From NCBI GenBank assembly GCA_944349415.1, contig CALVMX010000003.1, positions 1-61,970 on the forward strand: DNA of 61,970 bases. The letters run 5' to 3'. This document shows positions 17,718-26,972 of the stretch, piece after piece; position 1 is the stretch's first letter; each line of letters starts with the position of its first letter. Origin of the DNA: an uncultured Clostridia bacterium (lineage in GTDB: Bacteria > Bacillota > Clostridia > Christensenellales > UBA1242). Both the position numbers and the translations under genes were made by a program. The notes under the pieces were generated by a model. It was not told where the DNA came from. It ran no database searches and saw only the letters and a list, made by a program, of their open reading frames with translations.

Positions 17718-17955
17718 TGTGTTTTTTTATTATTTTAAATTAGTCCTAAAAAATTAGATATTATTAAAAAATTTATTATTTAATCGTTTAACTGCGATAA
17801 AATTAGAAAAACTTACTTTATAAAAGGACATTATTATATATAGAATGAGGCACGGCCTCAAATTTTTTTGAAAAATATAGTAAATTCGTTTGCCTTTTTA
17901 CTATATTTTTTTGTATAATTAATTCGACACTAAAAGGAGTTTATAAGGAGTTTTT

Positions 17956-20583
17956 ATGAAAAAATACGTTTATCTTTTTAAAGAAGCAAAAGGTGACAAC
18001 AAAGCACTCTTCGGTGGTAAAGGTGCTAACCTTGCTGAAATGACAAAAATCGGTTTACCTGTGCCACAAGGTTTCACTATCACAACTGAAGCCTGCACAA
18101 AATATTATGAGGACGGCAAAATGATAAATGAAGGCATTATGGCTCAAATTTATCAAAAACTTGCTCAAATCGAAAAAATGGCAGGAAAGAAATTTGGTGA
18201 TGTAAATAATCCACTTCTCGTTTCTGTTCGTTCTGGCGCTAGAGTTTCTATGCCAGGTATGATGGACACAATTTTAAACCTCGGTCTTAATGACGAAGTT
18301 GTGGAAGGTCTTGCAAGACTTACAAACAACCCACGTTTCGCTTATGACTCATATCGTCGTTTCATCCAAATGTTCAGCGACGTTGTTATGCAACAAGACA
18401 AGTCTAAATATGAAAGAATTTTGGATGACATTAAAGAAAAGAAAGGTGTTAAATACGATAAAGATTTAACTGCTGAGGACTTAAAGGAAATTGTTAAACT
18501 CTTTAAGAAATTATATAAAGATGCTCAAAAACAAGAATTTCCACAAGAACCTAAAGTTCAACTTATTGAAGCCGTTAAGGCTGTGTTTAGATCTTGGGAC
18601 AATGACAGAGCAAACGTATATCGTAGAATGCACGACATTCCATACAACTGGGGCACTGCTGTAAATGTTCAGTCAATGGTATTCGGTAACATGGGCGAAG
18701 ATTCCGGAACAGGTGTTGCTTTCACAAGAAACCCTTCAACCGGTGAAAATGCTCTCTATGGCGAATATCTTATGAACGCTCAAGGCGAGGACGTCGTTGC
18801 AGGTATTAGAACTCCTCAACCTATCGCTAAACTTGAGGAACAAAATCCTGAAGTTTATAAAGAATTTGTGGCTATTGCTACAAAACTTGAAAATCACTAT
18901 AAAGATATGCAAGATATGGAATTTACTATCGAAAGAGGTAAACTCTATATGCTTCAAACAAGAAACGGAAAGAGAACTGCTAAAGCTGCTCTCAAAATCG
19001 CCGTTGACCTTGTAAAAGAAGGAAAGAGAACGGAAAAAGAGGCACTTCTCATGCTTGACCCTAAACAACTTGATGCTCTTCTTCACCCAACTTTTGATGA
19101 AAAAGTTGTGAAAAAGGCTACTGTTATCGGCGAAGCTCTTCCTGCTTCTCCAGGTGCTGCAAGTGGTAAAATTTGCTTTACTGCTGAAAAAGCCAAAGAA
19201 CAAGGAAAGAAAGAAAAAGTCGTTTTGGTTAGACTTGAAACTTCCCCAGAAGATATTGAAGGTATGGCTGCCAGCCAAGGTATCTTGACAGCAAGAGGCG
19301 GTATGACTTCTCACGCTGCCGTTGTTGCTCGTGGTATGGGAACTTGCTGCGTTGCAGGTTGTTCACAAATCAAATTCGCTGATGACGGAAAATCTTTCAC
19401 TCTCGGCGGAAAGAAATACAAAGAAGGAGATGTTATCTCTTTTGACGGCTCAACAGGTAAGATTTATGACGGCGAAATCGCCACTGAATCTGCTAAAATT
19501 GTTGGCGAATTTGCCACAATTATGGAATGGGCTGATAAATATCGTAAATTAAACATCAGAACAAATGCTGATAATCCTCGTGATGCTTCTGTTGCTTTCT
19601 CATTCGGTGCTGAAGGTGTTGGTCTTTGCAGAACTGAACATATGTTCTTTGAAGCAGACAGAATTCCTGCAGTTAGAGAAATGATAGTTTCTACAACCAC
19701 TGAAGAAAGAGAAAAAGCATTAAAGAAAATTCTTCCAATGCAGAAGAAAGACTTTAAGGGCATCTTCAAGGCTATGCAAGGTCGTCCAGTGACTATTCGT
19801 TTCTTGGATCCACCTCTTCACGAATTCTTACCACATGAAGATGAGGAAATTAAAGCTCTTGCAAAAGAAATGGGTCTTACTTTTGAAAGTTTGAAAGCAA
19901 CTGTTGAAAGTTTACACGAATTCAACCCTATGATGGGTCACCGTGGACTTCGTCTTGCTGTGACATATCCTGAAATTGCAAGAATGCAAACAGAAGCAGT
20001 TATCTCTGCAGCTATTGAAGTGGAAAAAGAAGAAGGTTTCAAGGTTGTTCCTGAAATTATGATTCCTCTTACTTGCGACAGCAAAGAATTTAAGTATGTA
20101 AAAGACATTGTAACTGATACTGCAGACAAAATTTTGGCTGAAAAGAAAGTTGACATGCATTACAAAGTCGGCACTATGATCGAAATTCCAAGAGCGGCTA
20201 TTACTGCTGACCAAATTGCTAAATATGCTGAATTCTTCTCATTCGGAACAAACGACTTAACTCAAATGACTTATGGATTCTCTCGTGATGACGCTGGTAA
20301 ATTCCTTGACGTTTACTACGAAAAGAAGATTTTCGAAAGCGATCCATTTGCTAAACTTGACCAAAACGGTGTTGGTAAACTTGTTCGTATTGCTGCTGAA
20401 CTTGGCAGAAGCACAAGACCTGACATTAAACTTGGTATCTGTGGTGAACACGGTGGTGATCCATCATCTGTTGAATTCTGCCACAGAATTGGACTTAACT
20501 ATGTTTCTTGCTCTCCATACAGAGTGCCTATCGCTCGTCTTGCTGCAGCTCAAGCAAACATTAAATATCCAAGAAAGGGTTAA
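17956..20583 (+). CDS. ppdK: Pyruvate, phosphate dikinase
   Basis: GGKGANLAEM, GGMTSHAAVVARG (phospho-His), SFGTNDLTQ, GICGEHGG. Confidence 0.99.
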   Translation: MKKYVYLFKEAKGDNKALFGGKGANLAEMTKIGLPVPQGFTITTEACTKYYEDGKMINEGIMAQIYQKLAQIEKMAGKKFGDVNNPLLVSVRSGARVSMPGMMDTILNLGLNDEVVEGLARLTNNPRFAYDSYRRFIQMFSDVVMQQDKSKYERILDDIKEKKGVKYDKDLTAEDLKEIVKLFKKLYKDAQKQEFPQEPKVQLIEAVKAVFRSWDNDRANVYRRMHDIPYNWGTAVNVQSMVFGNMGEDSGTGVAFTRNPSTGENALYGEYLMNAQGEDVVAGIRTPQPIAKLEEQNPEVYKEFVAIATKLENHYKDMQDMEFTIERGKLYMLQTRNGKRTAKAALKIAVDLVKEGKRTEKEALLMLDPKQLDALLHPTFDEKVVKKATVIGEALPASPGAASGKICFTAEKAKEQGKKEKVVLVRLETSPEDIEGMAASQGILTARGGMTSHAAVVARGMGTCCVAGCSQIKFADDGKSFTLGGKKYKEGDVISFDGSTGKIYDGEIATESAKIVGEFATIMEWADKYRKLNIRTNADNPRDASVAFSFGAEGVGLCRTEHMFFEADRIPAVREMIVSTTTEEREKALKKILPMQKKDFKGIFKAMQGRPVTIRFLDPPLHEFLPHEDEEIKALAKEMGLTFESLKATVESLHEFNPMMGHRGLRLAVTYPEIARMQTEAVISAAIEVEKEEGFKVVPEIMIPLTCDSKEFKYVKDIVTDTADKILAEKKVDMHYKVGTMIEIPRAAITADQIAKYAEFFSFGTNDLTQMTYGFSRDDAGKFLDVYYEKKIFESDPFAKLDQNGVGKLVRIAAELGRSTRPDIKLGICGEHGGDPSSVEFCHRIGLNYVSCSPYRVPIARLAAAQANIKYPRKG

Positions 20584-20596
20584 ATTTAAAAAATTT

Positions 20597-20627
20597 AAAA
20601 AGTGGGTTAATTTTATCCACTTTTTTT
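20597..20627 (+). terminator. Terminator after ppdK (GTGG/CCAC type)
   Basis: AAAAAGTGG...TCCACTTTTTTT. Confidence 0.75.
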
Positions 20628-20740
20628 ATGAAATTGCAAAAGATATGTGGAAAGGCTATCCATTTCATACAATAATTGCTTGACAAAGAAAATATTTAAG
20701 ATTTATAATAAAACTAAGACTTATTAATTTTGGAGGGGAA

Positions 20741-22834
20741 ATGAGCGAAGATAACATTTTAGTAAGAACAGGCGAAACTTTTAAGGAACTAGGCGAGAAA
20801 ATAGGAGATTTTTTCAGCAATTTGAAGTATTCCATAACAAATTTTTGGGAAGAACATGAAATAACTGAAAAAATAAAAGAATTTTGGGAAAAAATAGGCG
20901 AGTGGTTCCAAAATGGTTGGGAGATGCTCAAAAAAGGACTTCAGTCGGTAGGCGAAGGCTTTGCTTGGCTAGGGCATAAGGTTGTAGAAATAGGTGGAAA
21001 AGCTGTTGAAGGTATTAAAACTGCCGCAATTTTTATCAGCGATAAGATAAAAACTTTTGCATCCTTTATTGGCGAAAGGTTTACGTCTGCTATTGGCTGG
21101 TTTAAAGAAAATTTACCAAAACTTGGAGACAAAATCAAAAGCGGTTTTTCAATAGCTGTTGAGAACACGAAAAAGTTTATAACAGGGGTTGCAGAAAAAT
21201 CTAGAGAGTTTTTCTCTACTGTTGGAGAAAAAATAAAGGAGTTTGCGGGCAATTTCGTCTCATCAATGAAAAATCTAAAAGATAAAATGGGTGAAAAATG
21301 GAAAGAAATTAGTCCGAAAATCAAAGATTTCTTCTCAAATGCCAAAGTTAAAATTATTGCAGGCGCAACAGCTGCTGTGGCTGGAGTTAAATTGGCTGCC
21401 AACAAGTTTAAAAATTATTTTGTTGGATTAAGAGAAAACATGAGTCAAAAATTTACCGCATTTAAAGAACATTCTCGCGAAAATAGAGAAAAGAAAAAAG
21501 AACTCAAATTAGAACGCCGTGAGGCAGCTAAAGAGAAAAAAGAAGAAAAACAACAAGCTAAGGAAGAAAGACGACAAAGTTTACAAGCTGAGCAAGAAGC
21601 AAGAAAAGCAGAGAGAAGTGAGCGTAATGCTGAAAGAAGATTAAAAAAAGAAAGAGAAAAAGCTGAAAGAGAAGCGGAGAGAGAGGCTGAACGAGAAGCT
21701 GAAAGAGAACGCAAACGTCAAGAAAAAGAAAATGATGAAATGCAAGAATATGAAGAGCCAACACAAAAAAGACCTAATAAAAAAGTGTTTGATTCTTCAG
21801 AAGATGACGAATTTAATGATGACTTTGAAGATTTAGACGAAGAAGACATCGTTACTCCTAAAGATATAAAAAATTATTGGGAAATAGTTAAAACTCAATT
21901 AGAAAGATCAAAAAATTTTGAAGCTTTAAGTAAATCGTTTGACGTTAAAAAATTCATGGAAAAAATGGATAAAATTATCGGCAAAACTTCAGGTTTCATT
22001 GCAAAACATGGAGATGATATGTTCGATAGTTTTGAAGAATGTTTAGCATTCATTCCAAATTATTATCCTACACTGAAAAATGATGTCTTAGATGTTTTTG
22101 ATATGTTGGACAAGTTAAGTAGCGACTTAGAATCAGATGACACCTTGAGTTTTAACGATAAGAAAACTATTCAAAAATTCCTTGACGACATGGATAATGA
22201 ATATTTTGATTATGGTTTTGGCTTTGACAAATTTATAAGAGAAGAATTAAAACAAAAATTAGAGGAAACTTCTGCTAGTTCTGAAGATGGTTCAAGCGAA
22301 CCAAAAGTTGAAGAGCCAACTGATGAAGGTATGGTTGATAATTTAAATCCAAGCGAAGATGGCCCTTTGACAAAACATGCTATTTTGATAGAAGAAAATA
22401 AAGGCAAAGGTGATCTTACAGAAATTGGAGTAGACGAAATTGATACTGAATTAGAATCATCTGACACTGCCACTCTTGATGATGTGTTTTATGGTAATAG
22501 TTTTAGCGACGAAAGTGATACTAAGTTATTTAATGATAAAGATTTCTTCAAAAATATAATAAATAATATTTATCTTCGTGGCAATTTAAGTAATAATGCT
22601 CTAGATTCTTCATTCTATCAAAGACCTGATAATGATAGCTATGTTGAAAGACCTGATTCGCCTTTCTATCAAAGACCAGATCATGACATTCATATCGAAG
22701 GACCGGACTCTCCATTTTATCAAAAACCAGACAATAAAAAATTTGTGCCGGAAGAAGATATGGATCCTGCTATTAGATATGTTATAGCCAATTTTTATAA
22801 AACACTTTCAAATAATGATAGCATACGTTTGTAA
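20741..22834 (+). CDS. Orphan 697-aa protein: amphipathic repeats, charged coiled coil, acidic C-terminus with 17-aa repeats
   Basis: Long ORF with SD GGAGG, TTGACA/TATAAT promoter (20680-20709) and its own terminator. Confidence 0.85.
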   Translation: MSEDNILVRTGETFKELGEKIGDFFSNLKYSITNFWEEHEITEKIKEFWEKIGEWFQNGWEMLKKGLQSVGEGFAWLGHKVVEIGGKAVEGIKTAAIFISDKIKTFASFIGERFTSAIGWFKENLPKLGDKIKSGFSIAVENTKKFITGVAEKSREFFSTVGEKIKEFAGNFVSSMKNLKDKMGEKWKEISPKIKDFFSNAKVKIIAGATAAVAGVKLAANKFKNYFVGLRENMSQKFTAFKEHSRENREKKKELKLERREAAKEKKEEKQQAKEERRQSLQAEQEARKAERSERNAERRLKKEREKAEREAEREAEREAERERKRQEKENDEMQEYEEPTQKRPNKKVFDSSEDDEFNDDFEDLDEEDIVTPKDIKNYWEIVKTQLERSKNFEALSKSFDVKKFMEKMDKIIGKTSGFIAKHGDDMFDSFEECLAFIPNYYPTLKNDVLDVFDMLDKLSSDLESDDTLSFNDKKTIQKFLDDMDNEYFDYGFGFDKFIREELKQKLEETSASSEDGSSEPKVEEPTDEGMVDNLNPSEDGPLTKHAILIEENKGKGDLTEIGVDEIDTELESSDTATLDDVFYGNSFSDESDTKLFNDKDFFKNIINNIYLRGNLSNNALDSSFYQRPDNDSYVERPDSPFYQRPDHDIHIEGPDSPFYQKPDNKKFVPEEDMDPAIRYVIANFYKTLSNNDSIRL

Positions 22835-22860
22835 AGTAATTTTTAAATTTATTCTAAGTT

Positions 22861-22891
22861 AAAAAAGTGGACGAATATCATCCACTTTTTT
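22861..22891 (+). terminator. Terminator (GTGG/CCAC type)
   Basis: AAAAAAGTGGA-N9-TCCACTTTTTT. Confidence 0.8.
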
Positions 22892-22985
22892 ATTTATTAA
22901 TATTAGAGGCAGTGAAAGTCATTATTTTATTTTGAATTTATTGCTTTTTATGGTATAATAAACGTATAATAACATAGGAGGAGAT

Positions 22986-23522
22986 ATGTTTGATAAAATA
23001 TTAGATAAAGATGAAGAAATTGTGGATATTTTTAAACCTAATAAGACCAAATTGTTTGTGAAAACTATTCTTGTTTCGTTTTTATATCTACTTTTCTTTG
23101 TTGCTATTGCTTGTATTGGTATGTTTGTGCCAGGAGAAGGGTTTGAACCATTAGATGCAATTTGGCTTTTGTTACCATTTGGAATTTTGATTTTGCTGGA
23201 AGTTTTGGTAATTATTTTCACATATATGTGGTATAAAAAGACCTTCTATGCTTACACAAACAAGCGCGTTATTATGCGAACGGGAATTATTGGAATTGAT
23301 TACAAATCTCTTGACATCAAAATGATAGGTGCTATCGATGTGTATGTTTCACTTTTTGATAAAATTGTTCATAAAGATACTGGTTCACTTCGTTTTGGCA
23401 GTATGTCGAGCCCAATAAATGGTCAGGCAAGCGCCTTCATCTTTTCACACATTGAAAAACCATATGAAAACTATAAGAAGATAAAGGAATATATTGAAGA
23501 GCAAAAAAAGAATTTAAATTAA
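22986..23522 (+). CDS. Membrane protein with a bacterial PH (bPH_2-like) domain
   Basis: Two TM helices, then YAYTNKRVIMRTGIIG..TGSLRF. Confidence 0.8.
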   Translation: MFDKILDKDEEIVDIFKPNKTKLFVKTILVSFLYLLFFVAIACIGMFVPGEGFEPLDAIWLLLPFGILILLEVLVIIFTYMWYKKTFYAYTNKRVIMRTGIIGIDYKSLDIKMIGAIDVYVSLFDKIVHKDTGSLRFGSMSSPINGQASAFIFSHIEKPYENYKKIKEYIEEQKKNLN

Positions 23523-23580
23523 AGCGATTTTATATTTAATAAATTATAGCTTTTAAAATATATTTTAATGATTATATTAT

Positions 23581-23612
23581 AAAAACAACTTCAATTTCGG
23601 AAGTTGTTTTTT
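23581..23612. terminator. Bidirectional terminator
   Basis: AAAAACAACTTC...GAAGTTGTTTTT. Confidence 0.75.
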
Positions 23613-23646
23613 CTTTGTTAGTTTTAAGAAAAATAACCTTATTGTA

Positions 23647-23886
23647 TTAAAGATTATCACTAATACAAACATCTCCACAAAGGACATCAAAATAAGAAAA
23701 AGTTTGAAGTTTTTCGTCAAGGGTTTTAATGGTAAACACGCTTGGATAGACGTCGGTTATTGTGGCGGTGACGGTGTCTATCTTTTTTCGCCCTCGATTT
23801 ATTTTCATTTCTACATTTTGTCCCTTTAAGTTTTTTATCTTTTCCTTTACTTCGGCTAATCCATATATTATTTTTCTCATAAACAC
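23647..23886 (-). CDS. veg: Veg family protein
   Basis: NRGRKK..TITDVYPSVFTI..TFSYFDVLCGDV. Confidence 0.92.
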   Translation of the reverse strand: MFMRKIIYGLAEVKEKIKNLKGQNVEMKINRGRKKIDTVTATITDVYPSVFTIKTLDEKLQTFSYFDVLCGDVCISDNL

Positions 23887-23907
23887 CTCTTTTAATTTAA
23901 TACAAGA

Positions 23908-23967
23908 CTTTATAATAGGGCTTTATAATAGGATTTTATAATAGGGCTTTATAATAAAACTTTATAA
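23908..23967. repeat. 13-bp tandem repeat, about 4.5 copies
   Basis: CTTTATAATAGGG / CTTTATAATAGGA / TTTTATAATAGGG / CTTTATAATAAAA / CTTTATAA. Confidence 0.9.
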
Positions 23968-24079
23968 ATTTAATAGCTCTCATATCCATTTTTGCCTAAA
24001 TTGAAGGTTTTTAAACTTTTTTGTTCTAATGGCGAAATTTTATCAGTATATTATAATAGTTTTTGATTTTGGAGGGGTT

Positions 24080-25600
24080 ATGTCTTTTGAAAAAAATAAG
24101 TTTCAGGTTGTGAAAAAGAAAAGATTACCTAAAAGCGAATTCAATGTGGAATGCAATATTCCGCTTGAAAACGAAATTGGCAAAATCTTTTCGGTATGTC
24201 ACTCTGCTCAAGCCGAAAATGCAGAAGTGATAAATGGTGCTGTGAATTATAGTGGCAGTATTGATATTTGTGTGCTATATTCCACAGTTGATGGCGAAAT
24301 TTGCACTCTCAATTCATCTTGTCCATTTTCTTCAAAGTTTGAAGATAGTCAAATTTCAGTTGGTGACAAAGTCGGAATAAAGTGCGAAGTGGTTAACTAT
24401 TCTATAGATAGTATGACAAGCTCTAATTTAAAAATTAACTGCACAGTTGAACAAACTGGAGTTGTTATTTCTTGCTGTGATGTAGAAACAATTATGCCTT
24501 TAGATGACGACATCTGCACAAAAAAAGAAGAAATATTTGTTAACACTTTTATCGGCGAAGCCAGCGAAATTTTTACGATGGATAGCGAAATTTCCATTAA
24601 AGAACCTATTCGAAAGGTTATACTTTGTGAAAGCCAAGTCTCTATTAAAGATGCGGAAAGTGGAATCAATTTTGTTTCAGTTTCCGGCGAAGTGGTAAAC
24701 AGAATTTTATATCTTACTGAAAATGATAGATTTGAAACAAGTTTTGTGACCGAAAACTTTAAAGAGGAAATTGAACTTGAAGGCGTAAGTCAAAATTCTA
24801 TTGTTGAAGCAAAGGCCTTAGTTAAACATAGCCAAGTGAAATGTGATGTCATAGAACAAGAAAAAGGTGTTTCGATTAAAATAAACGTTCCAGTTGAAAT
24901 TAAAGTATGTGCATTTGAGGAAAAACAAATTGATGTTATTAAAGATATCTACAGTCAAACGGAAGAACTTGAAGTCTCAACATCATCTTTTGAAATGACT
25001 AAGAGTATGCCATCTGATTATTTTGAAACAAAAATTGATGGGAATTTGACACTTGATGAGGATAAACCAAGAATTGATAAAGTTCTATTTGTTGCAGGAA
25101 CTGAACTTTCACTTTCCAATGCCTATATCCAAAATGGCGAGATTTTTGTGGAAGGTGTGGCAAAAGCCAATGTAGTTTATCTTAATGATGAAGAGAATTC
25201 CAACAATTCAGTTGTTGTAGAAGTTCCGTTTGTGGTTTCTGATAAAACTACAGCACCTTGTGAAAATCCAAAAATTTCAGTTAGTGCAGTGCTATATGAT
25301 GTCGATGTGGTGGCCAAGAAAGGCAGAGAACTTTTTTTTGACGGCAAATTAAAAGTAAGAGTGGAATATGACTGCGAGGAGGTTTCTGCAGTAATTAGTA
25401 GTGTGGAAGCTAAAGGCGAGACAATAGAACGTGACTGCAGTGTTGAACTAGTTTATGCTAAAAGCGGAACAGAGGCATGGGACATAGCTAAATTATATAG
25501 AGTAAGTGAAGAAATGGTGCAAATTCAAAATCCTGAAATAACTTTTCCTCTTCAAGAAGATACAAGTATTGTTTTATATTTTCAAAAAGTTAAGAAATAA
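24080..25600 (+). CDS. sipL: SPOCS (DUF3794)-repeat coat morphogenetic protein with degenerate C-terminal LysM (SipL-like)
   Basis: Three beta-rich acidic repeats, WDIAKLY LysM remnant, next to veg and spoIIR; start moved to ATG 24080 after GGAGGGG. Confidence 0.8.
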   Translation: MSFEKNKFQVVKKKRLPKSEFNVECNIPLENEIGKIFSVCHSAQAENAEVINGAVNYSGSIDICVLYSTVDGEICTLNSSCPFSSKFEDSQISVGDKVGIKCEVVNYSIDSMTSSNLKINCTVEQTGVVISCCDVETIMPLDDDICTKKEEIFVNTFIGEASEIFTMDSEISIKEPIRKVILCESQVSIKDAESGINFVSVSGEVVNRILYLTENDRFETSFVTENFKEEIELEGVSQNSIVEAKALVKHSQVKCDVIEQEKGVSIKINVPVEIKVCAFEEKQIDVIKDIYSQTEELEVSTSSFEMTKSMPSDYFETKIDGNLTLDEDKPRIDKVLFVAGTELSLSNAYIQNGEIFVEGVAKANVVYLNDEENSNNSVVVEVPFVVSDKTTAPCENPKISVSAVLYDVDVVAKKGRELFFDGKLKVRVEYDCEEVSAVISSVEAKGETIERDCSVELVYAKSGTEAWDIAKLYRVSEEMVQIQNPEITFPLQEDTSIVLYFQKVKK

Positions 25601-25745
25601 TTAAATATATTAAATTATATAAATAAAGGCTGAATTTTTCAGCTTTTATTTTTTGTTTTGAAATTTCCATAAAAATTAATAAAAAACAACAATTTTTTCC
25701 ATTTTTTTTATATTTTTCGGTCAAAAATCAATTTGTGAGGTTATT

Positions 25746-26270
25746 ATGAAATACATTTTGTCTTCTGTAAGTGTTATTGCGATAATTTTAATTCTAATAT
25801 TTTGTGGAACGACAACCGCAAGTGCTGAAAGTGAATATTTTCGCATCCATATAAGAGCAAATTCAAATTCGGCTGTGGATCAAAATGTGAAATATCTTGT
25901 TAAAGATGAAGTTGTGGAATATCTTATTCCTCTTTTAAGTGAAGCCGAAACAAAAGATGAGGCAGAAAGAATTATGAATGAAAATTTAAAAAATATTGAA
26001 AGTGTGGCAGATACTGTTTTGTCGGCAAACGGTTTTTCTTATAAATCAAAAGCTTATATTTCTTTCGAAGAGTTTCCAACCAGAGAATATGATGATTTAG
26101 TTTTGGAAGAAGGTTTTTATGATGCTCTTATTTTAGCTCTAGGCACTGGCGAAGGAGACAACTGGTGGTGTGTGGTTTATCCACCGTTTTGTTTTCTCGA
26201 AACAAAAAATTCCGAAAATTATGTTTATATTTCAAAAATTTGGGAAATTATAAATAATATCATAAATTAG
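25746..26270 (+). CDS. spoIIR: Stage II sporulation protein R
   Basis: FRIHIRANSNS..DQNVKYLVKD; GEGDNWWCVVYPPFC. Confidence 0.96.
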   Translation: MKYILSSVSVIAIILILIFCGTTTASAESEYFRIHIRANSNSAVDQNVKYLVKDEVVEYLIPLLSEAETKDEAERIMNENLKNIESVADTVLSANGFSYKSKAYISFEEFPTREYDDLVLEEGFYDALILALGTGEGDNWWCVVYPPFCFLETKNSENYVYISKIWEIINNIIN

Positions 26271-26278
26271 GAGGGGAA

Positions 26279-26962
26279 ATGAAAAAAAGAATTTTTGCCC
26301 TGATCTCTGTTCTAGTTTTTATAGTAGCAGGGGTGAGCATAACAACAATTATGATAGGTACATACCATACATATCATGCGGAAAGTGTGTCAGCGGCTTC
26401 ACTTTCCACAAGTCAAATTCGTCTTGTGCAACAAAGACTAAAAAATTGGGGATACTATACTGGCAATGTGGACGGTATATATGGTAGTAAAACGAGAAGT
26501 GCTGTTCGTAAATTCCAACAAAACAATGGACTTGCTGTGGACGGAATAGTTGGACCTAACACAGCAGCCGCTATTGGTTTCTATCTTGCAAGCGACGACG
26601 ATTCCGTCTCTAATAATGACTTATATCTTCTTGCAAAATGTGTTTATGCAGAAGCACGTGGAGAAAGTTATGTTGGACAAGTTGCAGTGGCAGCGGTAAT
26701 TTTAAACCGCGTAGAAAGTGAAAAATTTCCAAATACCATTGCAGGTGTCATCTACCAACCATACGCTTTTACAGCAGTAACTGATGGGCAAATTAATCTT
26801 GAGCCAGATCAAACAGCTTACAATGCTGCTCGTGATGCCTTAAATGGCTGGGATCCTACATATGGTAGTTTGTATTATTATAATCCGGCAACAGCAACAA
26901 GTTCATGGATTTGGTCAAGACAAACAGTTGTGACAATTGGGAAGCATGTATTTGCAATATAG
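26279..26962 (+). CDS. sleB: Spore cortex-lytic enzyme
   Basis: PG-binding VDGIYG..T domain plus Hydrolase_2 (AEARGE, FPNTIAGVIYQPYAF). Confidence 0.95.
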   Translation: MKKRIFALISVLVFIVAGVSITTIMIGTYHTYHAESVSAASLSTSQIRLVQQRLKNWGYYTGNVDGIYGSKTRSAVRKFQQNNGLAVDGIVGPNTAAAIGFYLASDDDSVSNNDLYLLAKCVYAEARGESYVGQVAVAAVILNRVESEKFPNTIAGVIYQPYAFTAVTDGQINLEPDQTAYNAARDALNGWDPTYGSLYYYNPATATSSWIWSRQTVVTIGKHVFAI

Positions 26963-26972
26963 GAGGTAAAAA

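Noticed and set aside
20741-22834. Prophage tape-measure gene
   Set aside because: No phage genes, integrase or att sites nearby; the gene has its own promoter and terminator.
22905-22930. AGAGGCAGTGAAAGTC as a riboswitch fragment
   Set aside because: It lies upstream of the predicted -10 elements, with no supporting stems or family motifs.
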